Source: Candidatus Latescibacterota bacterium (GTDB lineage Bacteria > Latescibacterota > UBA2968 > UBA8231). Taken from it: a DNA stretch of 64,000 nt. The translations under genes and the position numbers were made by a program. Position 1 is the first letter of the stretch. Each line of letters begins with the position of its first letter. The DNA is taken from the NCBI GenBank assembly GCA_963422735.1, contig OY730476.1, positions 1,376,001 to 1,440,000 of the forward strand. Direction: 5' to 3'. Shown piece by piece: positions 49,717-60,797 of this stretch. Below the pieces are notes generated by a model. That model was not told the DNA's origin, did not search any database, and saw nothing but the letters and a program-made list of their open reading frames with translations.

Positions 49717-51054
49717 ATGACTGCCCAGCGCAACGTCCTATTCCTCATCGCCGACGACTGGAGTCGCATCGCCGGCTGCTACGGCAATAGCGTCGTCCGC
49801 ACGCTCCGCATTGACGCGTTTGCCCGCGAGGGCACGACCTTCGACCAAGCCTTCTGCACCAGTCCTTCGTGCGCGGTCAGCCGCGCCTGCATCCTCACCG
49901 GATATCACAGCCATACCCACGGCCAGTACGGCCACTGCCACGGCATCCACGGCTTCTCCACGCACCCTCACATTACCTCCACGCCCTCTAGCCTCAAGGC
50001 AGATGGCTACGCCACGGCCTGTATCGGCAAAAAACACGTAGAACCGTCGAGCGTGTATCCCTTCGACTTTGAGCCTGAAGTCAATGCCAGAAGCGGCGTC
50101 GAACTGGCCCGTGCTGCTCGTGATTTCTGGGCCACTAATCCCGACCAGCCATTCTATATGCACGTGGGGTTTTCCGACCCCCACCGTGCGGGTCGAGGTT
50201 TTGGCAATGATCGCCCCTACTCCGACGTGCCTGAAACTCAGTACTGCCCCGACGACGTGTTGGTTCCGCCCTATCTGCCCGATGTGCCCGACGTGCGCAC
50301 CGACCTCGCCGAGTACTATCAGGCGGTCTCCCGCTTCGACTTTGGCGTGGGTTGTCTGCTCGACGCACTCGAGGAGTCGGGCCGAGCAGGCGAGACCTTG
50401 GTCATCGTCACTACCGACCACGCCATGCCCTTCCCCGGGGCCAAGGCATCCTTCTTCGACAGCGGCCACCACTGCCCATTTATTTTACGGGCACCAGGCA
50501 TCGCCGCCCCCGGCACCCGTAGTCAGTCCCTCGTCAATTGGACCGCCATCCGCCCCACTTTGCACGACTGGTGCGGGGTGCCTGTCCCCGAGGACTTGCC
50601 GGGCTGCTCCCTCCTGCCGGGCTTAGCCGACCCATCCGTCCCCGACTGGGATCACACGTTCTTTTCGCATTGCTTTCACGAGGTGGTCGATTACAATCCC
50701 TACCGGGTGCTGCGCGGACGGCGCTACAAATTCGTGCGCAACTTGGCCGCTGGTCTCACCACCCTGCTGCCCACCGACCTGTTCCGCTCGACCACCTGGA
50801 CGGCGGTGCGGCGCGACGCGATTCCCACTATGGGCCAGCGCCCCACCCGCCACCTTTTCGCACGGGAGCCCGAGGAGTTATACGATCTGGAGGCCGATCC
50901 CACCGAAAGCGTCAATCGGATCGACGACCCTCATTTACAGGAGGTAGCCGCCCAGATGCGCGCCCAACTCTACCAGTTCCGCCGCGACACGGCCGACCCT
51001 TGGTTGGAAGTGGACCTCCAAGAAGGGCTCATTGACCACCTCGAACCCAGATGA
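49717..51054 (+). CDS. Sulfatase (N-sulfoglucosamine sulfohydrolase-like)
   Basis: LIADD, SPSCAVSRACILTG, GKKH, DPHR, TDHAMPFPGAK, ELYDLEADP. Confidence 0.9.
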   Translation: MTAQRNVLFLIADDWSRIAGCYGNSVVRTLRIDAFAREGTTFDQAFCTSPSCAVSRACILTGYHSHTHGQYGHCHGIHGFSTHPHITSTPSSLKADGYATACIGKKHVEPSSVYPFDFEPEVNARSGVELARAARDFWATNPDQPFYMHVGFSDPHRAGRGFGNDRPYSDVPETQYCPDDVLVPPYLPDVPDVRTDLAEYYQAVSRFDFGVGCLLDALEESGRAGETLVIVTTDHAMPFPGAKASFFDSGHHCPFILRAPGIAAPGTRSQSLVNWTAIRPTLHDWCGVPVPEDLPGCSLLPGLADPSVPDWDHTFFSHCFHEVVDYNPYRVLRGRRYKFVRNLAAGLTTLLPTDLFRSTTWTAVRRDAIPTMGQRPTRHLFAREPEELYDLEADPTESVNRIDDPHLQEVAAQMRAQLYQFRRDTADPWLEVDLQEGLIDHLEPR

Positions 51055-51182
51055 AGCTCTAAGTGGGGCCACTGCCCTAATGCGGAGGGTCTCTTGCCAT
51101 CTAGCATCCGCGTCGCCGCGCTGCGGTTCTTCCTTTTAGCTGCCGCCCATCCGAGCACTGCTCACTTCAGAGAGGTGACACA

Positions 51183-53551
51183 ATGAACATGCGTTCTGCT
51201 TGATTGCACTGGCCTTCTCTCTGGCGGCCATTGCCGCCCCCGCCCAACAAGCCCCATCCGCAGCCGACAGGACCCTAGCACCCTTCTTCTTCGTCGATAC
51301 CGACGATCCGTCAGTGGACCAACTGCCGCCCAAGTCCACATTGCCGGGGTCATCGCCGACGTGACCATCGAGCAAGTATACCACAACGAAGGCACTCGCC
51401 CGCTCGAAGCTGTGTACATATTCCCGGCCTCGACCCGGGCCGCAGTGTACGGCATGGTGATGCACACCGGCGACCGCGAAATCACCGCCGAAATCCGCGA
51501 GCGCGAGCAGGCCCGTCGGGAATACGAAGAGGCGCGTGAGCAGGGGCAGATCGCTTCCCTTCTCGAACAGGAGCGCCCTAACGTGTTCAAAATGAACGTG
51601 GCCAATATCCTACCGGGCGACTCCATTGCCGTGCGCTTGTCTTATACGGAATTATTGGTACCCACGGAAAAACAGTACGAATTCGTCCTGCCCACCGTGG
51701 TCGGCCCGCGCTATTCCCCCGAGGTTGTCAATGAAATTCTGGCCCCGGGCGGGGCCGAGCGCATTCCCTACCTGCACGAAGGCGAAGATCCCAACTACAC
51801 CTATGCGATCGAGATGAGCTTGGCCGCCGGCCTGCCTATCCAGGCCTACGACTGCCCCAGCCACGTAGTAATCGTTGAGCAGGACGCCCCGGAGGAATTG
51901 CGCCTGACTCTCGACCCAGCGGACGGTTTTGGCGGCAACCGCGATTGCATTCTGCACTACCAGCTAGCTGGCCAACAGGTCGAGTCGGGCCTGCTGTTGT
52001 ACGAGGGGGAAGAGGAGAATTTCTTTTTGTTCATGGCCCAGCCGCCCGCCCGTCCAGAGCCAAACCAGATCCCACCGGACGTATCCGGCTCCATGCGCGG
52101 CTTCCCCTCACAGTATCAAAGGGCCTAATGAGAAACCTGCTTGGCCAATTGCGCCCCGAGGATCGCTTTAACATCGTGCTCTTCGCCGGCAGGGCCGCCG
52201 TCTTGAGCGACCGGTCGCTGCCGGCCACTCAGGAGAATATTGACCAAGCCTGGGCCTTCATTGACGGTCAAGACGGCGGCGGCGTCACCGAGTTGCTCAC
52301 CGGGCTCCACCAGGCTTTCGGCCTGCCTTTGGCCGGGGAGGGCTATGCCCGCATCGTCGCGGTAGTCACCGATGGTGCCGTCGGCTTTGAAGCAGCCGCC
52401 TTTAAGCTGGTGCGCCAGCGTTTGGACCAAGCCAGCCTCTTTGCCTTTGGCATTGGCTCGTCGGTCAACCGCTTCTTAATCGGGGCCTCGCCCGAGCCGG
52501 CCAAGGCGAGCCTTTTGTGGTCATTGAAGAAGGGAAGGCCTCCGACGAGGCCGCCCGTTTCCAAGCGTATATCAGCACCCCCATCCTCACCGAGGTGGAG
52601 GCGGGCTTCGACGGCTTTGACGCCTATGCGGTGGAGCCGGCCTTCATCCCCGATATGCTAGCCGCCCGGCCGATCACCATCTTTGGCAAGTGGCGCGGCG
52701 CGGCCGCGGGCACTGTGCTGTTAGGAGGGCGCACCGGCGACCAAACATACAGCGCCCAATTCGACGTATCCGCCTTCCAAGCCCAGCCTACCAACAGGGC
52801 CTTGCGCTATTGGTGGGCCCGCCACCGCATCGACCAACTCAGCGACGATGAACGGGCCAGTCGCAGCGACGCCCTGCGTCCCCAGATCACCCAGCTAGGC
52901 TTGGACTACAACCTGCTCACCGAGTACACCTCGTTTGTCGCCATCGACCGCCGCATCCGCAACGAGGACGGCCTAGAGACCGTGGAGGTGCCTTTGCCTC
53001 TGCCCAAGGGCACCGAGGACTCGGCCGTGGGCGATGTGTTTGGTAATGCTGCGGTGGAGGGCGAGTTTGAAATGGCGACTTGGCTCGGCCGGTCTTTCTA
53101 CCGTCAAGACGCGCTGTGGATCGATGTAGCGTTTCAGTTGGGTATGCCCATCGTCGAGGTTGGCTTCGATGCTTCAAGCCCGGACGTGCTCGCTCCCTTT
53201 GTTGGGTTGGGGCTGGATATGGTGGTGGTGGTTGAGGGACAAGCGTACCGGTTGCGCGCCGAGGCCGCCCGCCCCTTCTTGCAGCAGAACGCGCCCAACC
53301 CCTTCAATGCCTCCACGGTCATCCCCTTCCAAATCCCCGCCAACATGGCCGGTCCCACGCGCTTGGTCATATACAACTTAACCGGCCAGACCGCGCGCGT
53401 ACTGACCGATGGCCATCTTGCGCCTGGGGCGCATGTAGTGGCTTGGGACGGCAGGGATGGGAGAGGCCAGGACGCGGCCAGCGGGGTCTATATCTACCGC
53501 TTGGAAGGCCCCTCCTTCGCCATCACCCGCCGCATGTTGTTGCTGCGGTAA
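51183..53551 (+). pseudogene. VIT + vWA domain protein with C-terminal FlgD-Ig-like domain, multiply frameshifted
   Basis: IAGVIADV...EAVYIFP, DVSGSM.G, TDG, GIGSSVNR, LTEYTSFVAID, NAPNPFN distributed over several frames. Confidence 0.85.
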
Positions 53552-53745
53552 AATCAGTGCTGGAAGGGCCGCTCGCAACTGGATGTGCGTCCGGCCGCGG
53601 GCGGCCTATCGAGGGTGGGGTCCAAAGCTTTGGTTCCTCTGTGGCGGGTCGGACCGACCTATTCGAATTGCTGTCTGCTCTGGCTGACCGCCTTGCCCTT
53701 GCCCCGAATTAAGTCTCTCTGTGCGCGATAAGATGAGCGGGTTGC

Positions 53746-53806
53746 CTTAGAGGTCCTAACCAAACGCCCGGCGTCGCGCGCTGGGCGTTTGGTTAGGACC
53801 TCTAAG
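53746..53806. mobile_element. Minimal palindromic MITE-like element
   Basis: 24-bp perfect arms CTTAGAGGTCCTAACCAAACGCCC / GGGCGTTTGGTTAGGACCTCTAAG. Confidence 0.65.
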
Positions 53807-53944
53807 TTGCGCTTCACGACAGCCGACATCATCGAGATTGACCGCTTCTGGGCAGGTATCTATTATTGCAGCTCCTGAGCACTGAAACCCTCCTCCTACA
53901 TACCTTGATAAACAACAGAAGATGTACCATGCAAACGAAGAAAG

Positions 53945-55810
53945 TTGGCCACAATGCTGCTTGATTCCATCCCACTCCGATCTCTCTATCGAATAGGTTG
54001 CCTCATGGTCATTTCCGCCTCACTTGCCGCGGCCGACACTTTGCACGAGGGCCTGCCCGATGGGCCGGGCCTTCTCTTCGACGATCTCGATGGCCGGATC
54101 TATGTCGCCGTCCTTGGCTCTGAGGGGATCGTCGTCCGCAACGCCTCTGACGACGCCGGCACTTGGGATACCCTCGGCGAGGGGCACGTCCAGGGCCTGC
54201 AGATTGCCCCCGACGGGGATGCGTGGATGGCCCTCGACGACGAGGTTCTGCGCTACCCGCGCCAAGGGGGCGAGCCGGTCTCCCGAACTCCCTCATTCCT
54301 TCTCCAAGGGTCGCCGGGATCGTTGCTGACGACTCGCTGGGGCGATGTCTGGTGCGCCGGATGTGGTGCCGTGCGTCGGGGCGATGCGATGTTCGAGTCC
54401 GCGCCTTTCTCCCCACTCGGATGGGAGATCACGCCGGTGTGCGACGACCCCTTCGGCAACGTGTGGGCTGTCGCCGAGGACGGCCAGCGGCGGGATATAG
54501 CCGTTCTGACCGATCGACACCCTCACGGCTGGCAGCGCCTCGGCTTGCCTGCGGATCAACTCGCTGGCTCTTGGCAGGGTGCCGTCACCGACGACGCTGG
54601 TTTCGTCTGGGTGGCCTTGGAGACCGCCGTTCTGCGCGTCGATCCTCGCTCGTCCGATCCTCGCTCCTTCGCCAACCCCAGCGATGCCCGCATCACTGCA
54701 ATAGCGCGCGGTGGCGGTCAAATCATAGTCGGCTTTGCCGATGGCAGCCTGCGCGAGCTAACCGTGGATGCCGCCGGTCCGCCGGCTTGGCGGCTGGTCC
54801 AGACGGGAGAGGACGGTCCGGTGCAGGCACTGCTGCATGCCCGGTCCGGCAGCCTCTGGGTGTTGAGGGCGGGGCGGGTTCAGCGTCTCGCCGACCTTGA
54901 GAGTCCTTGGCACGAGCACTGGGATGAGCAGCCGCGGATGCCGGCGGGCAACCACGACCACATCTTTGCCCGCATCGGGGACCGTCTGTACACCGCTGGG
55001 GGCAAGACCTTCTTCGGCTGGCCGGCATCGGAGTGGGTGAACCTCGACAACGTGTGGTCCTACCACATCCTCTCGGGGACTTGGCGCGTGGAGCCACCTA
55101 TGCTCGAGCCGGGCAAGGCTTACTCCGGCATCGCCGTCCTCGACGACGAGCTATGGCTTTTAGGGGGTCTCTTCCGCGCCGATGGCGGGACGCAGGCGAC
55201 GGCGACCGTCGAAATTTTCGACCCCCACACGCGGCGTTATCGCCTCGGCCCGCCGTTACCTCGCAAAGCAGGCCAAGTGGTGGCCCTCACTGTCAACGGC
55301 CGGTTGTACGCCGTGGGCGGTGCCGACGACGAAGGGCCGACGGCAGAGGTTCTGAGCATCGGAGCTGGGGAGACGAGTTGGCGGGTTGACGCCCCTGCGC
55401 CCGGCCCAGTGTTTCAGGCTAGCGGCTGCGTGCTGAATGGCAAGCTCTACATCGCCGCAGGTACCTCGTCCCAGTGCCTAGGTCTATTCGTCTATGACCC
55501 CGAGCAGGATAGCTGGAGCCAAATCGAGCACCCGTCGCGGCCTCCCAGTGCTCCTCTATGCACGGCTTTCGACGGCAGCGTCTGGGTCATGGGAGGGCGG
55601 GGGGCCGATAGCGGCCAGACGGCGGCCTTTGCCTACGTGCCGGATACCGGCCAGTGGCATCGCGGCCCCGACCTGCCCCTACCGGTTAGCTGGGCGGCGG
55701 CGGCTGTTGTCAACGGTCGTCTGCTGATCGCCGGTGGTGCCTACCGCGACGAGCGGGTCGGCGACTACTTCAACAGCGACCGCGTGTTCCTGCTGCGCGG
55801 CACCAAGTGA
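53945..55810 (+). CDS. Secreted double beta-propeller (Reg_prop-like plus Kelch repeats)
   Basis: Signal peptide; D..G.VW repeats; Kelch repeats LYTAGG, LWLLGG, LYAVGG, VWVMGG, LLIAGG. Confidence 0.8.
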   Translation: MATMLLDSIPLRSLYRIGCLMVISASLAAADTLHEGLPDGPGLLFDDLDGRIYVAVLGSEGIVVRNASDDAGTWDTLGEGHVQGLQIAPDGDAWMALDDEVLRYPRQGGEPVSRTPSFLLQGSPGSLLTTRWGDVWCAGCGAVRRGDAMFESAPFSPLGWEITPVCDDPFGNVWAVAEDGQRRDIAVLTDRHPHGWQRLGLPADQLAGSWQGAVTDDAGFVWVALETAVLRVDPRSSDPRSFANPSDARITAIARGGGQIIVGFADGSLRELTVDAAGPPAWRLVQTGEDGPVQALLHARSGSLWVLRAGRVQRLADLESPWHEHWDEQPRMPAGNHDHIFARIGDRLYTAGGKTFFGWPASEWVNLDNVWSYHILSGTWRVEPPMLEPGKAYSGIAVLDDELWLLGGLFRADGGTQATATVEIFDPHTRRYRLGPPLPRKAGQVVALTVNGRLYAVGGADDEGPTAEVLSIGAGETSWRVDAPAPGPVFQASGCVLNGKLYIAAGTSSQCLGLFVYDPEQDSWSQIEHPSRPPSAPLCTAFDGSVWVMGGRGADSGQTAAFAYVPDTGQWHRGPDLPLPVSWAAAAVVNGRLLIAGGAYRDERVGDYFNSDRVFLLRGTK

Positions 55811-55983
55811 TCCTCCTAGACTGCGGCCGGTCCTGTGGTCATCGGCTAGGTTTGCAAGTGAAAGATGGAATTGCGCTGATGCCTCGGCCCGAAAACAGGT
55901 CGAATAGATCGTTGACATCGCACGCCTGCCGATGGATTGGAACCTTTCGATAGTAGGAAAACGACTCATACATATCGGATTAC

Positions 55984-57000
55984 ATGATTGAAAAGTCCAT
56001 GATTATATCTCGAATAGTCGTACACCAGCCCGCTGGTCTGTTGCGCATTCTGACCGACGCGGGCCTAGAAGGTCGCTGTACCGGTGTTGCAGCCACGGTT
56101 GCCGGGGCCGACGTGGCCGAGGCAGCCGCCATTCTCATCAATGCAAATCCCGTCGATCGCGAACGGATATGGCAGGCGTTCAACGAAATGGACGGAAGGC
56201 TTCGCGCCTGTATCGACGTCGCACTGTGGGACCTCACGGCCAAGGCCGTCGGCCAGCCGATTCATCGGCATGTCAACGGCTTTCGCAACCGCATTCCGGT
56301 TTGCAGGAGGGGTTCGGAGCGCAACTCGGCGGAAGAGATCGTCGAGGAAGCGCAGGAAGCACTGGGTGAAGGTTTCAGGGGGTACAAATTCGACGCCCTT
56401 TTGGACGAAGAATCGCTCATCAACCTGATACGCGACATGCGCAGGGCCGTAGGACCGGATTTCTGCCTGTTACTCGACGGCCGGACGCGGTGGATCATAG
56501 ACAAGGCGATACGGATCGGCAGGGTGCTCGACACCGCGGACTTTTTCTGTTTTGACCAGCCACGGCCCGACAACGATATGTCCGGAGGCAGGCAGGTAGC
56601 CGCCGCGATAGATACCCCGATAAGCATGGGGATTTCCAGTCCCATGGAAGCGGCCCAAGTCATGGCGGCCCAAGCGGCCGACCACGTTCGCACCGGGGTA
56701 ACCCGGGCCGGCGGCATGACGAATGTGCTCAAGGCCGCCCGCTGTGCCGAAGCCTTTGGAGCCTACTGCCATCTGGACGGTTTAGGGATATGCGACGGGT
56801 TCGCCCATCTGCATCTCGCGGGCACCATTCGGAATACGCCCTTTCTCGAAGTATCCGAGGGACCTTCCTCTGCGCCGTTCATCGGGAATCCGCCGCAGAT
56901 ATGCGATGGTTACATCGAGGTTCCCGATGCGCCGGGACTGGGCATGGAGATAGACATGGACATCGTCAACAAGTACACCACAGAACTGATCCAGAGCTGA
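55984..57000 (+). CDS. Mandelate racemase/enolase superfamily protein, degenerate metal ligands
   Basis: IDVALWDLTAKAVGQPI, GFRGYK, VPDAPGLG; FDQP and SMGIS at the usual Glu sites. Confidence 0.85.
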   Translation: MIEKSMIISRIVVHQPAGLLRILTDAGLEGRCTGVAATVAGADVAEAAAILINANPVDRERIWQAFNEMDGRLRACIDVALWDLTAKAVGQPIHRHVNGFRNRIPVCRRGSERNSAEEIVEEAQEALGEGFRGYKFDALLDEESLINLIRDMRRAVGPDFCLLLDGRTRWIIDKAIRIGRVLDTADFFCFDQPRPDNDMSGGRQVAAAIDTPISMGISSPMEAAQVMAAQAADHVRTGVTRAGGMTNVLKAARCAEAFGAYCHLDGLGICDGFAHLHLAGTIRNTPFLEVSEGPSSAPFIGNPPQICDGYIEVPDAPGLGMEIDMDIVNKYTTELIQS

Positions 57001-57030
57001 GGCTGACCGCCAACCGATTCAGGATGCCCT

Positions 57031-58224
57031 ATGCAGATTCGAGATATCAAGTGTTATCTATTGAAGGGTGAACCCGCGACGCGGCAGGAGAGTTGCCGGA
57101 GTAGAGGAAGCATCGCCCCCGTGCCGCCGGGTATCTCCGGGCTGCTTACCCACGACCAAGGATTCGGTGCCGCCGATCCCGAGGGATTCGCGTTCTCCGG
57201 AGAAGAACCCGAACCAACGTACCGCCTGATGCTCCGGCTCGTGACGGATGGAGAGTTGGATGCATATGCCGACTATGCCACGGGTTTCGATCCCCGGGAA
57301 CTGGAATGGCAGGCCAAGGCATTCTTGGCCCGGTATGCCCACATGCTCATCGGCGTAGATGCCTTCGACCGGGAATACATCTGGCAGCGGTTCTGGATGG
57401 CCCAGCGGTTCATGTACACGGGAAGGGGACTGCTCGACACTATTGACCGGATGTTGTGGGACTTGGCGAGTCGCTGTGCTCGCCTCCCGATCTACAAGCT
57501 GCTGGGTTCCTGCCGCGAAAGCGTACCCGCCTACTGCAACGTTGGCGGCCGGACCATTGACGATTTGGTGGCCCACGCGGTGAAACGCGTGGAAGAAGAG
57601 GGGTTCATCGGCTGCAAGGATCACTCTTACCGAGGGGTGAAAACCAATGGGGAGATGGCCGTAAAGATGCGGGAGGTGCTGGGCGACGATATCATGCTCT
57701 TTCACGATCCCGTCGAGTCGTACATGTTCGAGGAGGCTGTGAAAATCGGACGCATACTGGAGAAGTGCCGCTACAGGTGGATCGAAGAGCCGCTGCAGGA
57801 CTACGATATCATGAGTCTGAGGAAGCTGTGCGACGCCCTCGATCTTCCGGTTCTAACTCTCGAGTGGATCGGAGCCATCGGCGGACAGCCCTACAATGCG
57901 GCACCGTACTTGGCATTACAGGCCGCTGATATCGTCCGGCAGCGGGGCATCGGCATCACGGGCCAAGTCAAACAGGCCCAACTGGCCGAAAGCTTCGGGG
58001 TCGAGGTACACGGTGGCGATCCCCAAGTCATCTTGGCTGTTTGCAACGATCCCGTCTTTGAAGCCATGGGACTGCAGCCGCGTCCTCCCGAGGAGGAACT
58101 GGACTGCCGGGGTGCGCTCGTCGTAGAGAATGGTGCCATGTCGATAGCCTGGAGCGACCGTCCTGCGGCGGAACCAGACTGGGACGAGGTGGCCCGGAGT
58201 GCCGTTGCCGTCATTTGTAATTGA
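57031..58224 (+). CDS. Mandelate racemase/enolase superfamily protein
   Basis: LWDLA..LPIYKLLG, GCKDH, FHDP, WIEEP, TLE, EVHG. Confidence 0.88.
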   Translation: MQIRDIKCYLLKGEPATRQESCRSRGSIAPVPPGISGLLTHDQGFGAADPEGFAFSGEEPEPTYRLMLRLVTDGELDAYADYATGFDPRELEWQAKAFLARYAHMLIGVDAFDREYIWQRFWMAQRFMYTGRGLLDTIDRMLWDLASRCARLPIYKLLGSCRESVPAYCNVGGRTIDDLVAHAVKRVEEEGFIGCKDHSYRGVKTNGEMAVKMREVLGDDIMLFHDPVESYMFEEAVKIGRILEKCRYRWIEEPLQDYDIMSLRKLCDALDLPVLTLEWIGAIGGQPYNAAPYLALQAADIVRQRGIGITGQVKQAQLAESFGVEVHGGDPQVILAVCNDPVFEAMGLQPRPPEEELDCRGALVVENGAMSIAWSDRPAAEPDWDEVARSAVAVICN

Positions 58225-58232
58225 AGGGTATT

Positions 58233-58865
58233 ATGAGCAAGATCAAAACAGCGGTGATAACCGGACAACATGCCTTTGATGTGCCGGGATTTCACGCATT
58301 GTTCAGGAGTATTCCCGAAATTGATTTTTATCTACAGGATTTAGAGAACTTTGCGGCAGATGCTGGCAAAGTCCGAGCGCGGTATGATGTCCTCGTATTC
58401 TATAACTTTCATCGGCAGACGCCAGACGAGGGGAGAGTCAGGGAAGCCATTGAGCAACTGGGTGAAAATCAGGCGGGTATATTGGTGTTGCACCATGCCA
58501 TCCTTGCGTTTCCGCAGTGGCAATTGTGGTCGGATCTGTGCGGCATTCAAGATCGCAGTTTCGGTTTCAAGATTGACCAAAACCTGCATGTTGACATCGT
58601 GGCTCCGCAGCACCCGGTCCTCCGGGGATTGACTCCGTGGGAAATGGTGGATGAGATTTATACCATGGCGGATCCGCGGGATGGCAGTGACTTGTTGTTG
58701 ACCACCGATCACCCCGATAGCATGAAAACGCTAGCGTGGGCTCGACAGTACAAGAACGCTCGTGTGTTCTGTTGTCAGCCAGGTCACGACAATCAGGTCT
58801 TTGCTGACCCAAATTTCCGCACGGTTGTTTCGCGGGGAATTCGGTGGCTGGCGGGAAGGATCTAG
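58233..58865 (+). CDS. ThuA-like domain protein
   Basis: TGQHAFD, YDVLVFY, LVLHHA, DEIY, PGHD, RGIRW. Confidence 0.88.
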   Translation: MSKIKTAVITGQHAFDVPGFHALFRSIPEIDFYLQDLENFAADAGKVRARYDVLVFYNFHRQTPDEGRVREAIEQLGENQAGILVLHHAILAFPQWQLWSDLCGIQDRSFGFKIDQNLHVDIVAPQHPVLRGLTPWEMVDEIYTMADPRDGSDLLLTTDHPDSMKTLAWARQYKNARVFCCQPGHDNQVFADPNFRTVVSRGIRWLAGRI

Positions 58866-58879
58866 GGAGGGAATGGTCA

Positions 58880-59830
58880 ATGCGCACGTTGAGTATTCAG
58901 GGCTTACCTGATAAGAGAAGGCATAAAGTCCTCGTCCATGATTGGCCCGAGCCGGAGGGCCCAACTGGTAACGAAGTCAAAACCGAAACGATCTACTCCG
59001 GGATAACAAACGGCACGGAACGAAATCAACTGATTGGCGGAAACTACGCTCCCAAAGATGAACAACTGCCCACCGGTGGAGGCGGCTACCAAAATGTGGG
59101 ACGGGTGATTGGGGTGGGGCCCGATGTCAGCGAACTACAGATTGGAGATGTGCTGTATATGAGTGCCGTCCATGCAGAGTACGTCGTGATGCCAGAAGAT
59201 GCCTTACTCATCAAGCTGCCTGACTCGATCGACCGCAAGGAGGCTGCGCTTTTCGGGATGACCAGTGTCGCCATGCGCACCTGCCGCAACGCCGAGTTGA
59301 AAATGGGCGAACGGGTGTTGATCGTGGGGGCTGGCATCATCGGTCAGGTCGCCGCACAAATTGCTACCGGCATGGGAGCGTGCGCTACCCTTTGCGACAT
59401 CAGTGCCAACCGTCTGGAGATTGCCAAGCAGATTGATGCGGCTGAAGCCGTGCTGAATGTTGCAGGGGACGGATGGGAAAAAGAGATCGCTGACGGGACG
59501 TTCGATGTGGTGATTGACTTTGCCGGCGTACCGGGCATGGAGGACCAACTTATCAGTGCTTTGCGTCAGTGCGGCAGGGTTATATTCATCGCTGGACGAG
59601 ACAAAGTGACCTATACCTTTAACCTCGGTCAGGGACGCGAGATCCAGCTAAAACAAAACAGTCATTTTGATCGCGATGATCTACAGAATCTGTGTCGTCT
59701 GGTCGATCGAGGGTTGGTGAAAATTGCGCCCTTAATCCGCGATGTCGTCCCGGTGAGTGAAGCCAAGCGTATATATGATACACTGCGGGATACACCCAAT
59801 GAACTGTTGGGGACGATATTTGTATGGTAA
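58880..59830 (+). CDS. MDR-family alcohol dehydrogenase (no catalytic Zn ligands)
   Basis: SGITNGTE, GYQNVGRV, GAGIIG, FDVVID. Confidence 0.85.
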   Translation: MRTLSIQGLPDKRRHKVLVHDWPEPEGPTGNEVKTETIYSGITNGTERNQLIGGNYAPKDEQLPTGGGGYQNVGRVIGVGPDVSELQIGDVLYMSAVHAEYVVMPEDALLIKLPDSIDRKEAALFGMTSVAMRTCRNAELKMGERVLIVGAGIIGQVAAQIATGMGACATLCDISANRLEIAKQIDAAEAVLNVAGDGWEKEIADGTFDVVIDFAGVPGMEDQLISALRQCGRVIFIAGRDKVTYTFNLGQGREIQLKQNSHFDRDDLQNLCRLVDRGLVKIAPLIRDVVPVSEAKRIYDTLRDTPNELLGTIFVW

Positions 59831-59853
59831 GCTAATTTGGAACCCATGACGTT

Positions 59854-60288
59854 ATGGTTGATCCACCTTCGCACGAGCCGGCCGGTTACTGCTGCCCGTT
59901 CTGTGCCATAGCAGGCGGCGCGGAATCCGAATTCACTGCGTGGCGCGACGAGCATGTTCTGGTGCAGATTTCGCTGCACTGGAACCCAGTCAACCCCGGC
60001 AAGGCACTGGTGATCCCGCTGGTACACTTTGAGAACATCTATACACTGCCCAACGAGCTGGCCGGCCGCATTGCCCACATGGTGACCGGGTATCCCAGCG
60101 ACGGCGTGACGGTGCGGCAAAACAACGAGCCGGCCGGCGGCCAAGATGTCTGGCATCTGCATACGCACGTGATCCCGCGATACACCGGTGATGAGAAGTA
60201 TCAGGGAGTGCCCGTGCGGGCCGACGACCGCGACCGTACGCGCTATGCGTCCCACCTACGCGAGCTTCTCCGGCAGAGTGCTGGGTGA
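59854..60288 (+). CDS. HIT family protein
   Basis: CPFC, AGGQDVWHLHTHVIPRY. Confidence 0.88.
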   Translation: MVDPPSHEPAGYCCPFCAIAGGAESEFTAWRDEHVLVQISLHWNPVNPGKALVIPLVHFENIYTLPNELAGRIAHMVTGYPSDGVTVRQNNEPAGGQDVWHLHTHVIPRYTGDEKYQGVPVRADDRDRTRYASHLRELLRQSAG

Positions 60289-60308
60289 AGTGCTTCAGGC
60301 CAATTCCA

Positions 60309-60682
60309 ATGGAAATCGTCAGAGCAGAACTCGCTGAACTGAACAAGCGGCTCATTGAGGATGGACGTGGCCCAGCTCACCCAACGGATGAAAGAATGGC
60401 TGGCAACCGGATACATCTGCTACCTAGTGAAGCAGAACGGGTGCATTATCGCCTACTGCTTATATAGGGATGACGATGCACGCTACTAATGCGGCAATTG
60501 TACGCGAGCAGAGCGAGCACATCGTCGAAGAGGCATCGCTAGGCAGTTGCTTAATTGGTTGTACGAGAATGCATGGATGGACGAGAAAGTCAGATTGGAC
60601 ATGCTCGCCCACAACGCGGATGCTGTTGCCTTTTACAAGAAATATGGCTTTCGCATCGGCGTCTTCAGACATGGAAAAATGA
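60309..60682 (+). pseudogene. GNAT acetyltransferase, frameshifted
   Basis: LAELNKRLIEDG..., then RQLY..EHRRRG...HNADAVAFYKKYGF in another frame. Confidence 0.65.
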
Positions 60683-60797
60683 AGAGAGCATCTTGAATGA
60701 TCACAAGTAAATACTTCGCAAACCATGTCCTCACCACGCTACAGCAGCATCTGGCTCCGGGGGAAATGGCAGCGGGCGAGGTGTCCGGTCAGCCTCT

